The notes under the pieces: generated by a model
The model's database searches: none
What the model saw: the letters and a program-made list of their open reading frames with translations, nothing else
What the model was told of the DNA's origin: nothing
Assembly: GCA_951406725.2 (NCBI GenBank)
Contig: OX597834.1
Location: forward strand, 12,772,001-12,836,000
DNA length: 64,000 nt
Direction of reading: 5' to 3'
Source: Octopus vulgaris
Taxonomy: Eukaryota
Shown: positions 1-13,649 of the stretch, one piece after another
How the letters are laid out: each line of letters starts with the position of its first letter
How positions within the stretch are numbered: position 1 is the stretch's first letter
Position numbers and translations under genes: made by a program

Positions 1-26
1 ATTATTTTTATATCAAAATACAAATA

Positions 27-600
27 TTGGGTTGTCCACAAAGTTCGTGCTGATCTTTAAAAGAAATAAAAATGTAAATAACTACTTCCCATTACATTTT
101 TAATCAACCAAATATGAACCATTTTGTTGCACACTGCGTCTCCTTCTTTCCTTTAACTTGAAAATACCCTCTTCCCAGAATTGAGCTGGTTTCTTGGCAA
201 AGAATTCATCAGGGTATCTTTTTACGTCATCCAAGTTATTGAAATATTTTTACCATTAAGACTATTCTGCAGATAGTTGAATTAGTGGAAATCCGAAGGA
301 GCAATATCTGGTGAATATGGAGGCGGGGGGGGGGGTAACAGATCCCAGCCGAGCTGCAGCAATTTTTGTCTGGTTCTCAAAGCATCAAGTGCCGAAAATG
401 AACTTTCTTATTTTCAATTTTAAAGGGTTACAGAATTAACATAGATTATAGGAACATAAACCTTCTTCCACGAAAAGATAGCTTAAACTGTGCTCTAAAT
501 GGAGGTGTAGTCAAATCCTATTTTATGGACTCAACCATGTTATAAAATAAGTCGAAAATTAAGCTACTATATATCGGCACGAACTTTCTGGTCAAGCCAA
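27..600 (-). mobile_element. Internally deleted mariner (Tc1/mariner) DNA transposon
   Basis: 28-bp TIRs at 27-54 and 573-600 (24/28 match), flanked by TA on both sides. The minus strand has an N-terminal remnant (NKKVHFRHLML) joined directly to a decayed C-terminus (QKLLQLGWDLL..PYSPDIAPSDFH...FWEEGIFKL...QNGSYLVD*) with the mariner YSPDLAPSD motif. Confidence 0.93.
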
Positions 601-1676
601 TATTATAAATTTTGCCGTAAGCGTCGAGCATACAAAATCATTATAGTGTCGGAAAATATTCAAGCTTTTTTGGTTTTAATTTCTGATATCAAATCCCATC
701 AAATTCAGCTTCCTTTTATCCAGTCGGGGTCAATAACACAGAATACTAATTAGGGACTCGTGTTGAGGATATACGCTCAGTCGCTTTTTAAATTCATTGG
801 TCGTTTGCCTGAATTATAAACCATTATGCGATATCTTGCTGCGTTTTGACTAATATTCCAAGTCAAATATAATGAATATATATTGTTTAGTTGCTTTTAA
901 AAGTCGAAGTTGTTACTGAACTTGCTACTGAATTCGTTCTCATTAAAGGAAACTAGAGTAAACTCGTTTCAGAAACTAAAGTCGTTATCTGACTAGAATA
1001 TTAACTACTATAGCTAGGCAATAATGTTGTAAAGCGATTTAGGAAACATGTCAGTCATGAGACACAAATTCATAAATCACCCACGATAGCAGCAAATAGT
1101 CTAGGACAAAGAGAAAGAAAATTAAAATAAAATCAATACGCAAATAAATTAATTATTGATTAATAACTAAAATGAGTCAGATATTTAGCCTGTACATTAT
1201 TTTACAGTTTCGCTTGAGCTGGTGGGAATTTCGATTGTTCGATCGTAATCTGTCGATGAATGACTAAGCTGGACATAAGCTGAAAGTTTTTCAAGCCTTA
1301 AAATTTAATTTTGTAAATTTTGCGGTTGTAGTTGTTCTATGGTGGTCGGGGTAGGAAAAATATTGATAATGCATCTGTTAAATTTCCGAATATGTGACGG
1401 GATGCAAACTAATACATACTGGGCTTGTTCGTTAAAGATTTTTCTTGGAGAGTGGTTACGTTTCAACATACATTGTTGTTTGCCTCATACGAAAATTTCA
1501 TTTGTCTACACGAATTCCATCTCGTGTGACACACACATATTATATATATATATAGTAGCTACAAGCTACAGTAACATCCACCCTTAGTGGTTAGCCATAT
1601 TTAGATGGCAAATATACTTCACATTGTCGTGCAGTTACTATCTATAACTCGTTCAGACATTTGTTATTGCTTATGT

Positions 1677-1890
1677 TACTCTTTTACTCTTTTAATTGTT
1701 TCAGTCATTTGACTGCGGCCATACTGGCGCACCGCATTTAATCGAGCAACTCGAACGCGGGATTTATTCTTCTGTTAGCCTAGTACTTATTCTATCGGTC
1801 TCTTTTGCCGAACCGCTAAGTAACGGGGACATAAACACACCAGCATCGGTTGTCAAGCAATGCTAGGGGGACAAACACAGACACACACAA

Positions 1891-1952
<62 letters not shown>

Positions 1953-2111
1953 GACGGGCTTCTTTCAGTTTCCGTCTATCAAATCCACTGACAAGGCTTT
2001 GGTCGGCCCGAGGTTATAGTAGAAGACACTTGCGCAAGGTACCACGCAGTGGGACTGAACCCGGAACCATGTGGTCGGTAAACAAGTTACTTACCACACA
2101 GCCACACTTGC

Positions 2112-2115
<4 letters not shown>
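1677..2115 (-). mobile_element. tRNA-derived SINE family A, full length
   Basis: Minus-strand head with Pol III A box (TGGCTGTGTGG) and B box (GGTTCAGTCCC), internal (TA)n(TG)n tract and AAAGAGTA-type tail; many near-identical copies in the window. Confidence 0.9.
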
Positions 2116-2149
<34 letters not shown>

Positions 2150-2469
2150 GACCTTTACATAAATAAATAACGTGAAATACACGAAGGGACGAACAAAAAG
2201 ACAAACGGGTCATTCAAAGCCTAGAAATATGTTACGAAAAGAAAATATAAAATACACGTGGGAATGTAAGGGTAAAATATGAAAAATCAACGAAAATGCA
2301 TATTGCAAATAAAAAAATGCTATTTATGACAGGTAGTGACAAATATATACATTTAGATTGACTGACGAAGTAATACGAGTCATAAAGGTCATTATTATGA
2401 GATGATTATAAGGTGATAATAAAGTAAGAGAACAACACGAACCAATGGTTTACGCGAAGGCTATTCATC

Positions 2470-2508
<39 letters not shown>

Positions 2509-2726
2509 ATAATATTAGGGAATAAATCCAAACTTACAGGGAAAAATCAGATTTAGGATTAAATCCAATTTTATAGTAAAATATATTATATTATATTATA
2601 TTAAATTAGAGATAAAACCACTATTAGGCAAATCAAACAATGAAAAGCATAAGCCAATACGTAAAATTAATTAATTTATATTATTTTAAATATATATCAA
2701 AAGTATTAAAAGTATTCACGCATAAA

Positions 2727-2769
<43 letters not shown>

Positions 2770-2994
2770 TTTATGCGTGTTATAATTAGTTATACTTTAT
2801 AAAACCTGCCGAGAACTTCATAAAAATGATGGTAATATCATGTATAAACCATGCATTAAAATGTCGATCAAGATTAGGCGAAAATCCATTGAATATTGGT
2901 GAGCAATGTTATGAACATTTAAACTGAAAAGACGAGAGAAGTTACGTAATAGGTTACATAATAGAAGATAATAGGTTACCTATTGTAATAGGCT

Positions 2995-3232
2995 GTGGAG
3001 GCGCAATGGCCCAGTGGTTAGGGCAGCAGTCTCACGGTTGGAGGATCACGGTTTCAAGACCGGGCGTTGTGTGTGTTTATTGAGTGAAAGCACCTAAAAG
3101 CTGCACGAGGATCCGGCAGGGGTTGATGACGATCCCCGTGGTACTCTTTTGCCACATCTTTCTCTCACTCTCTATTCCTCTTTCTTGAGTAAGGCTGCGA
3201 TGGACTGGCGTCCCGTTCAGTTGTGTGGGGGA
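2995..3232 (+). mobile_element. tRNA-derived SINE family C (3' truncated)
   Basis: A box TGGCCCAGTGG. Body matches copies at 37671 and 47553 and contains GCTGCGATGGACTGGCGTCCCGT, which resembles the V-SINE domain. Confidence 0.8.
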
Positions 3233-3242
3233 AGTTTCAAAA

Positions 3243-3410
3243 AGCGGCGAGTTGACAGAATAGTTAATATGGTGAACAAAATGATTTGCGATTTTTCTAC
3301 CGACATCTTAAGTTCAAATGGTAACGGGGTCGACTTCGCTTTTACTCCTTTTGAAGTCGTTAAAATTAACACCAATTGAACACAGTGGAGTCGACTTGTG
3401 CGAAAACTTG
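3243..3410 (+). mobile_element. Old diverged SINE family B copy
   Basis: GGCGAGTTGACAGAA..AGTTCAAAT..GGTCGACTTCGCTTTT aligns by eye to the copy at 10847-11078. Confidence 0.65.
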
Positions 3411-3558
3411 TAACCAGTAATCCGCAATTTTCAACGGAAAGCTCAAAGATAATTTTTCGAGCAATTATCATGAAGGTGATTAACAGCGTAATGAGATATA
3501 CAACCGGAGATATACATGCTATTATACAACAAACATACGCATGATTAATACATTCATT

Positions 3559-3616
<58 letters not shown>

Positions 3617-3734
3617 ATGTATGTACGTGTCTATGTGTGGCTATGTGTGTGTGTTAGCATATTTGTGTAAATCTGCATATACATATTTGCGAGTGTTTTA
3701 TGTTATGTATGTGTGTGTGTGTGTGAGTCTGTCT

Positions 3735-3865
3735 TTCTGTCTGTGTCTGTTCCCTGACATAATTTGAAAACCATTGTTTGTATATTTCCGCGTAACATAG
3801 CGGTTCAGGAAAAAGAAACTGATAGAATATGTACAAAGCTTTAAAAAACAAGGACTTCCCCGATC
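3735..3865 (+). mobile_element. SINE family A 3' fragment
   Basis: CGTAACATAGCGGTTCAGGAAAAAGAAACTGATAGAAT matches the family A 3' module. Confidence 0.6.
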
Positions 3866-3930
3866 CCGTATAAATACAACATACACACACACTCACACAC
3901 ACACTGTTGTAAATAAATATCTACATATTA

Positions 3931-3989
<59 letters not shown>

Positions 3990-4076
3990 ATTAGAAGAAA
4001 TGAGGTAATCAGAATGTCGGATGGTTTATAGTTACAGATATTTATTTATATATTACATTTTTTATATATATATAAT

Positions 4077-4187
4077 ATCACTTAGATCATTAGCGCTTTC
4101 TCCCATTCTAGTGGGGTTTTCAAATCAAACTAAGTTTGATTTGAAAACCCCACTAGAATGGGAGAAAGCGCTAATGATCTAAGTGAT
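4077..4187. repeat. Perfect 111-bp palindrome inside a larger inverted repeat (about 3906-4274)
   Basis: Arms 4077-4131 and 4133-4187 are exact reverse complements around A4132. Outer arms GTTGTAAATAAATATCTACATATTAGAATA (3906-) and its reverse complement (to 4274). Confidence 0.95.
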
Positions 4188-4282
4188 GTGATATATATAT
4201 ATATATATATGTAATATATAAATAAATATATATATATATATATATATTCTAATATGTAGATATTTATTTACAACCGTGTGTG

Positions 4283-4324
<42 letters not shown>

Positions 4325-4998
4325 TGTGTAGGTGCTGTATATGCTTTTAATTTCTACATGTGCAGGAATATATCATAAGCAGTTATCTCAATTCTTAACA
4401 TCTGAATAAATGTACACGCAGCGTGTAATAATGTTACTTGTGCAAAACTGGAGTTTCTATAAAAAAAATTCTTCGCGTGCAAAAGGGAAACGAAAGCTTA
4501 TGCAATTATATATTATTACAAAATAATATAATATAAGGATATAGGGACCATATTGATATTTTATTGATGTTACCTTATAATTAGTTCTAACTTGTTGAAA
4601 ATATGTATTACGTTGTGAATATTTATCGTTTTCAATTTGACAACTAATTTTAACCTTTGATCAATCTTCGAACAAACATCAAAAATGTGCGTGTTGCGAT
4701 GACTAAGAATTATAAAATATCATATTTGTAGTTGCTCATATAACAAGCACAGGGATTCAAACAAACGCGTACATCCGGAAAAATATACAGAGTGAAACGC
4801 GTATATAATTAATAACGTGTGAGGTGAATTAAAATGAGTATTCTGAGGTTAACGTGATTATATACAATACGGGATTTTGTACACACGCACTCTCACATAC
4901 ATGGAATACACATACATATATATAATATTCATGTATATACGGAGTTAATTCTCTCTTCAAATACCTAGATTTTGATTTATATTTCTATCAATCGAATG

Positions 4999-5039
<41 letters not shown>

Positions 5040-5186
5040 TAAAATATATATATAATTATATATATGTATATATATATATATGTATGTTTGTATATGTATA
5101 TATATATGAATGTATATATATAAATGTTTATACTTATCCATATATGTTTATCTATCTATCTCCCTCTCTTCCCCACCTTTCTCTCC

Positions 5187-5233
<47 letters not shown>

Positions 5234-5639
5234 GTATGTATGTATATATGCATAAGCGTCTGCCGAGATGCATTTTACACTATGCAACAGGAAGGGTTAC
5301 GTATGTATGTATTTAGAATACGGATTTCTCTCAAGCGGTTACAGTGGGAATTTAAGTTATTAGGCGGACAACTCTTACGGATAACACAAATCTCTCATTA
5401 AATGGAGATGTAAAAATTCACTTCATATTGGTAATTTATGAAGGTAGAATTATTTATGTGCAAGGACTCTTGGAAGTTTTGAAGTCTGAGGTTAAATTAC
5501 TATTCACATGTAACGAGTTCACGAAGATGAAATACACATTCATATTAGGAGTAATTAGATGTTATGTTGATATGCATAAAGGGGCATACACAGCAACACA
5601 AATATATATATATATATATATTTATATACACACACACAC

Positions 5640-5677
<38 letters not shown>

Positions 5678-5706
5678 GCACACAAATATATATATACACA
5701 CACACG

Positions 5707-5760
<54 letters not shown>

Positions 5761-5899
5761 AGATAAGCAAACATTGGACAGAGATCGGGTAATGTTTGAG
5801 CCTCAATGGTTCTTCAGAGTACAAATTTTAGGAAACTAAGATGTGGGAAATCCAGTTAGAATAATAGAGTAGGGTAAATAAGAATAGATACATACATAA

Positions 5900-7042
5900 C
5901 TTTATATATATAAAACTGATAATGTGTGTGTGTGTCTGTTTGTCTGTATGTATGTGTGTTTCCCTAAAACCTGAGAACTACACAACCAATTTCATTCAAA
6001 TTTTACACATGCCTTACTTAGGGTCTGGGGAGTGTCATGGACAAAAGAATATTTATCTTCTTGCCTAGGGCAAGCCTACAGCAATATCATATTTTCTCCA
6101 CTATTTCAGTATTACGTGTTAAAAGTGAAACAAAAACATTTCTCTATTTTATGTCAGATACTTTCACTTTAACAATAAAAATAATAATAACAATTGAATT
6201 ATATGTAGTAAGTAATAATTAAAATCAAACTAAAGTATAATATCATCGTAACATAACAAAAGTAAAAATATAGCAATAGGTATAAAATTGCATCAATGAC
6301 TTGAACTTGAATCAGTGGTTTCACATGAATGGGAATAAATAAAAAATAACATTTTAGTGAAGAAATGGAATAGTCCAGATGGATTTGTGCACGACTTTTA
6401 CATTAGATTATTTGCTAATTAGCTAGCATTAAGCATTCTACTGAGTACCGCTGTTAGTTTATTTCTGATCCATAAAGGCCTATAGCTTCATTAGAGTACT
6501 GCTTTTGGTTTACCGTAAGGATTGTTGTTGTTATTATTTCTGTTTAACTATTGTTATCACGTTTGTTGGTTCTTCGTAAGTGAAGCGTTGTTGTGTTGCA
6601 TTTGTTAAATAATTGTAAACCGTAATCCTCCCCCATTGGGAGAAGGAGCTTTGGTTATTGTTTAAAAATTAAATTGTGTACCTGTTTGGGGAAATTGACA
6701 ATATTTTCACCGTTTACACGGAAGTATTTTTGTTAAAATGTCTTCGAAAGAAGAAAGTCCAAAAATGAATTTCGCTGCAGCCGTCGGATTGTACCCACAC
6801 TTCTATAGAAGAGAGAGGACAAGATACAATTGATCGAAATTACAAGAGACGGGCTAACAATTCCAGTCTGTTATATGTTTTGAGTATTGTTATACTAGCG
6901 ATATCAAGATATAACTTTGTATTTTTTATTTTATGTGTAGATTTATATATATAGATGTACATGTAATATGTACACATATATATATACACATATATACATG
7001 CACTAGCACTATGACCCGGCAACGACGGGTCTTTAATGCTAG
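5900..7042 (+). mobile_element. Non-autonomous Helitron-like element
   Basis: 3' end has a GC hairpin GACCCG-gcaacga-CGGGTC (7013-7031) followed by CTAG (7039-7042) then T. The 5' region TATATATAAAACTG + (TG)/(TCTG) repeats resembles invertebrate non-autonomous Helitrons. The 5' TC is not intact, so the left boundary is approximate. Confidence 0.65.
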
Positions 7043-7046
7043 TATA

Positions 7047-7086
<40 letters not shown>

Positions 7087-7168
7087 TGTGTGTGTGTGTG
7101 TGTGTGTACGTATGTATATATATCCATATATAACGCTTAAGTATATTGATATGTGTATAATTATATAT

Positions 7169-7339
7169 AGGCGTAGGAGTGGCTGTGTGGTAAGTAGCTT
7201 GATTACCAACCACATGGCTCCGGGTTCAGTCCTACTGCGTGGCACCTTGGGCAAATATCTTCTATATCCTCGGGCCAACCAAAACCTTGTGAGTGGATTT
7301 GGTAGACGGAAACTGAAAGAAGCTAATCGTATATATATA

Positions 7340-7370
<31 letters not shown>

Positions 7371-7592
7371 ATAGATATGTTTGCGTGTCTATGTTTGTTC
7401 TCCCCAACTTCGCTTGACAACCGATGCTGGTGTGTTTACGTCCGCGTAACTTAGCGGTTCGACAAAAGACACCGTAGAATAAGTACTAGACTTACAAAGA
7501 ATAAGTCTATTTGCTCGACTAAAGGCGGTGCTCCATCATGGCCACACTCACAAGACCGAAACAAGTTAAAGAGTAAAAGAGAGTAAAGAGTA
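7169..7592 (+). mobile_element. SINE family A, full length
   Basis: AGGCGTAGGAGTGGCTGTGTGG A box, GGTTCAGTCC B box, CACCTTGGGCAA (resembles the start of the CORE domain), internal microsatellite and AAAGAGT tail. Confidence 0.9.
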
Positions 7593-7649
7593 TATATATA
7601 TTACAATTATTACATACGTGTGTGTGTATGTGTGGCTATGTGTAGAGAA

Positions 7650-7975
7650 TGGCTTCCCATTCCTTTTGATGTTGGTGAAATAAGTACCAGAATGGGCACA
7701 AGTAATCGATAGAATTGACTCCGACCATTCTCTTAAAATCGCTGGCCTTGTGTGAAATTGAGAAAGAATTTTTTGAAGTTGTTGCTTTAGTATTTAGTTC
7801 ACATTTACCGACAACATATTTAGCAACATTTCGTTCATTTTTCTTTTCTGAGTTGAAATTCTTCCGGGGCCCAACGTTGACTTACCTCCATCTTGGGTCG
7901 ATAATATAAGTATCTGTTGAACACTGGGGTCGATGTACTTGACTTACCCTTAACCCGAAATTACTGGAATTGGGA
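7650..7975 (+). mobile_element. Two old SINE family B fragments
   Basis: AAATAAGTACCAG and GGGTCGATAATATAAGTATCTGTTGAACACTGGGGTCGATGTA match the family B central module. Confidence 0.6.
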
Positions 7976-8687
7976 TAAAAATTTGAAAAATATATTCTGC
8001 AGATGGGGTCATAGTAAGAAAAAAAATATGATAGAATAGTATGTATATAATCCAGAGTGGGTGTTTGCAAATCTGTTACATTTTTGGTTGCATTCAACAA
8101 AATGATGTCACTTATATCGTATATAATATTCCCATACAAAAATCTATATAATGTTATCGCTTTTGATTGACTTTGATGTTTTGATTTAAGGAGTTAGTAT
8201 CAGAATTGTGCTTCGATTTTATGTGAATACCAATAAAAATTCGTAGAAATCTGCATGAAATAAAACCCTTAAAGATTTTTTTTTCATTCATTGTTTCCCG
8301 TAACAGTCAAAATGTACGCATTTCAAATGAGGTTTTATTCCTATAAAATGAAGATGTACAAGAACGGTTTCCGATATTTGTTTTTGTTACATATGATGTT
8401 TCGATTTTTGCTTTTCAATTTTACAATACTTTCGTTCAAATGATTCTAATTTATTTAGTTTTTAAGTTATTTGATAACACACTTCTCCCTCTCACCTAAG
8501 CAGTCTATCTGTTTATAAGTCGCTGTTATACTCTCTCTGTCTGTCCTTCTCTGTTTGTCAATATGTCTCTGCCCACCCCCGCTCTCCTCGCTTATATATA
8601 CATATATATATATAAATATATATACATATATACAAATATACATATATATATACACACACATACATACAAATATATATACGTATATAA

Positions 8688-8733
<46 letters not shown>

Positions 8734-9124
8734 GTATGTATGCATGTACATATCTATACACTTCCATCAACACACATACACACAAATACATACATAGGTA
8801 TGTGTGTGTGTGCGCGTGCGTTTGTATGTTTGTGTGTGTCCCTCTCTTTCCTCTTGTTTTTGTTTTTTTTTACTCCATTTTGCGAAGTCTATCATTAAAA
8901 TTCTGTTGTTTTTCTCTCCCAACAAATGCAATTTTCTTTTTTATATAAGTTTATTTCTTAAAATTCTATTTTTCTTTTGGCTACAAATCAATGAATAATT
9001 GAATAGAAATAAAATGTTGGTACAACTGAATTAAGTGACGTGTGTATGAACGTACATATATGTTCATATGCACACATCATCGGTTCGTGTTCATTTCTCT
9101 CTCTCATTCTCTTTCTTTCTTTTC

Positions 9125-9624
<500 letters not shown>

Positions 9625-10368
9625 AACATGAATATATATACATACATATATGCATCTATCTATCTATTTCTCTCTATATATGTATGCATACATATATATA
9701 TATTTATTTATTCATGAATACACGATTGTATGTATGTATATGTATGCATATACATAAATCAGACAGATGTAAAGAGATTTATATAGAAATTTTGATGTGT
9801 AGAGACCGACTGAGAAATGTAAGTATTCGGTTTGTGTATGTTAAATAGAGCGAATACGAGCAGCGTCTTTGTAAGAACGGGCGCAAACGTGTAACAAAGA
9901 AAAATATACATTAAAAGTGCAAGCAAAGCTATTTGATTTTCTTTGTCGTTTCAATTTGATTTCCTCATTTCATTTCCTTTGTCTTTATTTTAAAGGTACA
10001 GCCGAATTGAATAAGAAAAATAAAATATTCAATCGAACTTCTTATGGCTTATCACTTGAACTTCATCTTATATCTCATGAATGAAATAAAAGGTTACTGA
10101 GAATGATTTCTTAAATTTGCACGAGGCCATGCATGCTTGAAAAACTCAGTAATTGATTTAAGCAACCCACTCTTCTCTAATAGTTGTATGTTATTTCTTT
10201 TTATCTGCCCTGAAAGGAATGAGAGGTGAATATATCGATCACGAAGTAGTGGATGTGAAAATCAAATTCCTACAAGGCAAAACAGTGACAACAAACAGTA
10301 GCCTAGGGTTTAACCCTTCGTAGCACTGATACTTATCCCTATCTATAAAAGAAATTCTCCAAAACACA

Positions 10369-10608
10369 TATTTCTTTACTACCCACAAGGGGCTAAACAC
10401 AAAGGGGACAAGCAAGAACAGACAAAGGGATTAAGTCGATCACATCGACTCCAGTGCGTAACTGGTACTTAATTTATCGACCCCGAAAGGATGAAAGACA
10501 AAGTCGACCCCGAAAGGATGAAAGGCAATGTCGACCCTGGCGGAATTTGAACTCAGAACGTAACGACAGACGAAATACGGCTACGCATTTCGCCCGGCGT
10601 GCTAACGT
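10369..10608 (-). mobile_element. SINE family B with a 27-bp internal tandem duplication
   Basis: Reverse complement of 10847-11078; TCGACCCCGAAAGGATGAAAG recurs at 10477 and 10504. Confidence 0.88.
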
Positions 10609-10846
10609 GTACATTTATTTTCTCCAAATGGATACTGCTACTTATGTTTAGAAATGAACTACGCAAATCAATGGTTGTTATAACTAAACACTTCTGGCAG
10701 AGTCTACAGGAAATCATTAATGATGATTTCAACTATAGGTACAAGGCCTGAAATTTTGGGGGAGGGGATGAGTCGATTATATCAGTTGATTATATCAGAT
10801 TAAGTACCAGTTGACCTCAGTGCTCAACTGGTACTTAATTTATCGA

Positions 10847-11078
10847 AGGCGGCGAGATGGTAGAAGCGTTAGCACGCCGGGCGAAATGCTTTGCGGTATT
10901 TCGTCTGCCGTTACGTTCTGAGTTCAAATTCCGTCGATGTCGACTTTGCTTCTCTTCCTTTTGGGGTCGATAAATTAAGCACCAGTTACGCACTGGGGTC
11001 GATGTAATCGACTTAATACCTATGTCTGTCCTTGTTTGTCCCCTCTATGTTTAGCCCCTTGTGGGTAATAAAGAAATA
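10847..11078 (+). mobile_element. SINE family B, full length, nested in an older antisense B-like copy (about 10735-11123)
   Basis: A-box-like TGGTAGAAGCG and B box GAGTTCAAATTCC; 17-bp TSD GGTAYTTAATTTATCGA at 10830-10846 and 11079-11095. The central TCCTTTTGGGGTCGATAAATTAAGCACCAG resembles the Meta-type SINE domain (from memory, not verified). Confidence 0.9.
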
Positions 11079-11123
11079 GGTATTTAATTTATCGACCACG
11101 AAATGATGACAGGTAAAGTCGAA

Positions 11124-12927
11124 CTAGATCGCATGACGTTTCGACGGTGACGGTTACAAACTAATCGTGGTAGGTTTGGCTCCTCCAGTTGTTGATTTTG
11201 CATCACAGGTTACACGGTGTGATATCTGTTTCAACTAGATATCAGTAGATTCAAATCCACCAAACCCAGGTTTTATATATTCATCTTGTCTTCGAAGAAT
11301 AACATATCTGAAGAATAAAAACATCTATTCTCCTTCCTATATTCCTTGTCAGCATAAAGCTAAAAGGATTTATAATATGCGAAGTTAACGTAGGGTCAGA
11401 CGAAGGAAATTATTAATAATGATGCTTCGTGAATACTGGCATATGTATGCTTGTGTTTTCGTAGAGGTGCTTTCTAATTATGTCCATCCACACAAATCAC
11501 AGAAGCCTTCTTATTTTTTATCACCAATTTCCCCTACAGCCTTCTTGGCAGACGTGAGCGTAAGACATTTGGAGATAACTGATGCCATAAATATTACAGT
11601 TACATCTTGGAAGTGTTTGGAACTGTTTATAACAAACTAAGAACTTAAGTATTTGATTTTAGAATGTGGTGAACATGAGATAATAAAATAAATTTTACGG
11701 CTAACAAAAACAATGCTTTCAAAGTTTGGTACAATTCAGCAAATTTAGTGAGGAAGGAGAGGCTGAGTGTATTTTATTCATCGAACCGATCATTCTAGCT
11801 CGACGCCTTACGGCCAAATAAATATGTTGACAAAAGAATAGGTGCCAATAAGTGCCTATACAAATGACAGAAATAGGTAATATAGTAGTTTGATTAATTA
11901 AATGTGGCACATATTGTCAGAAGTACTTTGGGCTTTGTTCATAAAAGAATGATGTAGTAAATGTTGACAAAAGGATTAATTTAAAACAAAAGAATATGTG
12001 AAACGAATTATTTTCCAGTCTTTTCGCTTCACACTCAATTTATTTGACTTTTAACTGTCGTCTTTTATCTTTTATTTGTCTCCGTCGTAAGATTGCGGCT
12101 ATGGCGGGGCACTGCTTTAAAGAATTTTTAGTCGAATGAATCGACTATGGTACTTCTTTTAAAACCTGGTAATTGTTATATGGATCACTGTTTGCATACC
12201 GCGAAGCTGCAGGGATGCAAACACACCAACACCGATTGCCAAGTTGTGGTGCGAGTCAAACACAAACACGAAGTAACACGCTCATAAACACACATATTTA
12301 CGACGGAGTTCCTTCAGTTTCCGTCTGAAAAATCCACTCACAAGGCTTTGGTCGGCCCGAGCTTTAGTAGAAGCACTTGCTTACGGTTTTTCGTTCAGTT
12401 TCCGTCTACCAAATCCACTCACGAGAATTTTGTCGGCCCGATCCTTGGTATAAGACACTTGCCCAAGGTATCATGCAGTCAGATTTCACCCAGAACCAAT
12501 CATGTGGTTGGGAATCAAGCTTCCTACCACAAGGCCACTCCTTGCATCGTTCTCATAATTACAGACACAGCATATTCCTTCCAGAGTTAGGCCGACTTAC
12601 ATATAAATTTTACTTAGCAAATTACAAAAATTGTTTCCTCCTTGCCTGTTCTAGCGTGATTTTCGTATGATAAAAATCCTTACTAGCTCTATACTGACAA
12701 GGAATATAGGAAGGAGAATAGACGTTTGTTTTTATTCTTCAGATATGTTATTCTTCGACGACAAGATGAATATATTAAAACCTGGTTTTGGAGGATTTGA
12801 ATCTACTGATATCTAGTTGAAACAGATATCACACCGTGTACCCTGTGATGCAAAATCAACAACTAGAGGAGCCAAACCTACCACGATTAGTTTGTAACGG
12901 TTGCCGTCGAAATTTCATGCGATCTAG
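11124..12927. repeat. About 250-bp inverted repeat pair (11124-11372 / 12672-12927) bracketing 1.3 kb
   Basis: CTAGATCGCATGACGTTTCGACGG...TCCTTGTCAG is the near-exact reverse complement of CTGACAAGGA...CCGTCGAAATTTCATGCGATCTAG. Confidence 0.92.
12060..12543 (-). mobile_element. Diverged SINE family A with internal duplication
   Basis: The TTCAGTTTCCGTCT..CACTTGC block is present twice (about 12313-12380 and 12394-12462). Confidence 0.8.
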
Positions 12928-13150
12928 GACCCCGTAGTACCGATTTCTTTCGCAAAATAATGATAGCGGCGGACGGTCGTAGAAATGATCTCCGCAACAT
13001 GAAGAGGCTACCACACCGAGTGTCGCTGGCCATCTTCCGCGGCCACGCCATCGAGATTATTATCGTTAGGATTTAAATCCCAGCAACCCTCAAGATATCC
13101 CTTGTCTCACGAGTAGCATGATAAGGAGAACGGAGATTTTTCACATACTA

Positions 13151-13342
13151 TTACTTTCTCTCCGGGACTGGTTTGTCCCAATATTTTTCTCCATAAGTTT
13201 TGGTTTCTCTTACCATCTTTTCTAAGTGTATATTAGTAAATAGCATCCATGTCTTCTCTACCAAACAGTTCTCCATGAGCTTCTGTCTTCCATTTAAAGC
13301 TAGTGTACATGTTATAAAGGATTGAAATATTGTATCCTGCAT
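13151..13342 (-). pseudogene. Possible piggyBac-like transposase fragment
   Basis: WMLFTNIHLEKMVRETKTYG resembles the piggyBac N-terminal LFFT..I..IV..TN.YA motif; no TIR or TTAA found. Confidence 0.3.
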
Positions 13343-13649
13343 GAAGCTGTTTGTTGAAATAAAGCAAAAATATCAATTCTTCGAATCTGTTATTTCATCG
13401 ACTCTCGATAAAAAATGTTGCAATAATACATAAGGAGCACTTGAAAAGCATAAAATTGGGTAGTAAAATATGACTAAAACTGCAACGTAAACATTACGAG
13501 CTTAGATGTCAGAACATAAATATAGAAATACGCTCCTCCACAAATTTATGTTCTATCCGGGAAGGATACGGAGCTACAAATAAGGGTATAAGAGAAAGAA
13601 ACAATGGATTTATTCGTATCAATCTGCCAAGTAAAATACATGTATATAA

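Noticed and set aside
5765-5822. Minus-strand CTGAAGA followed by a hairpin, next to a TA tract
   Set aside because: No GAAA/UH half is present, so it cannot be called a ribozyme (possibly a truncated terminus).
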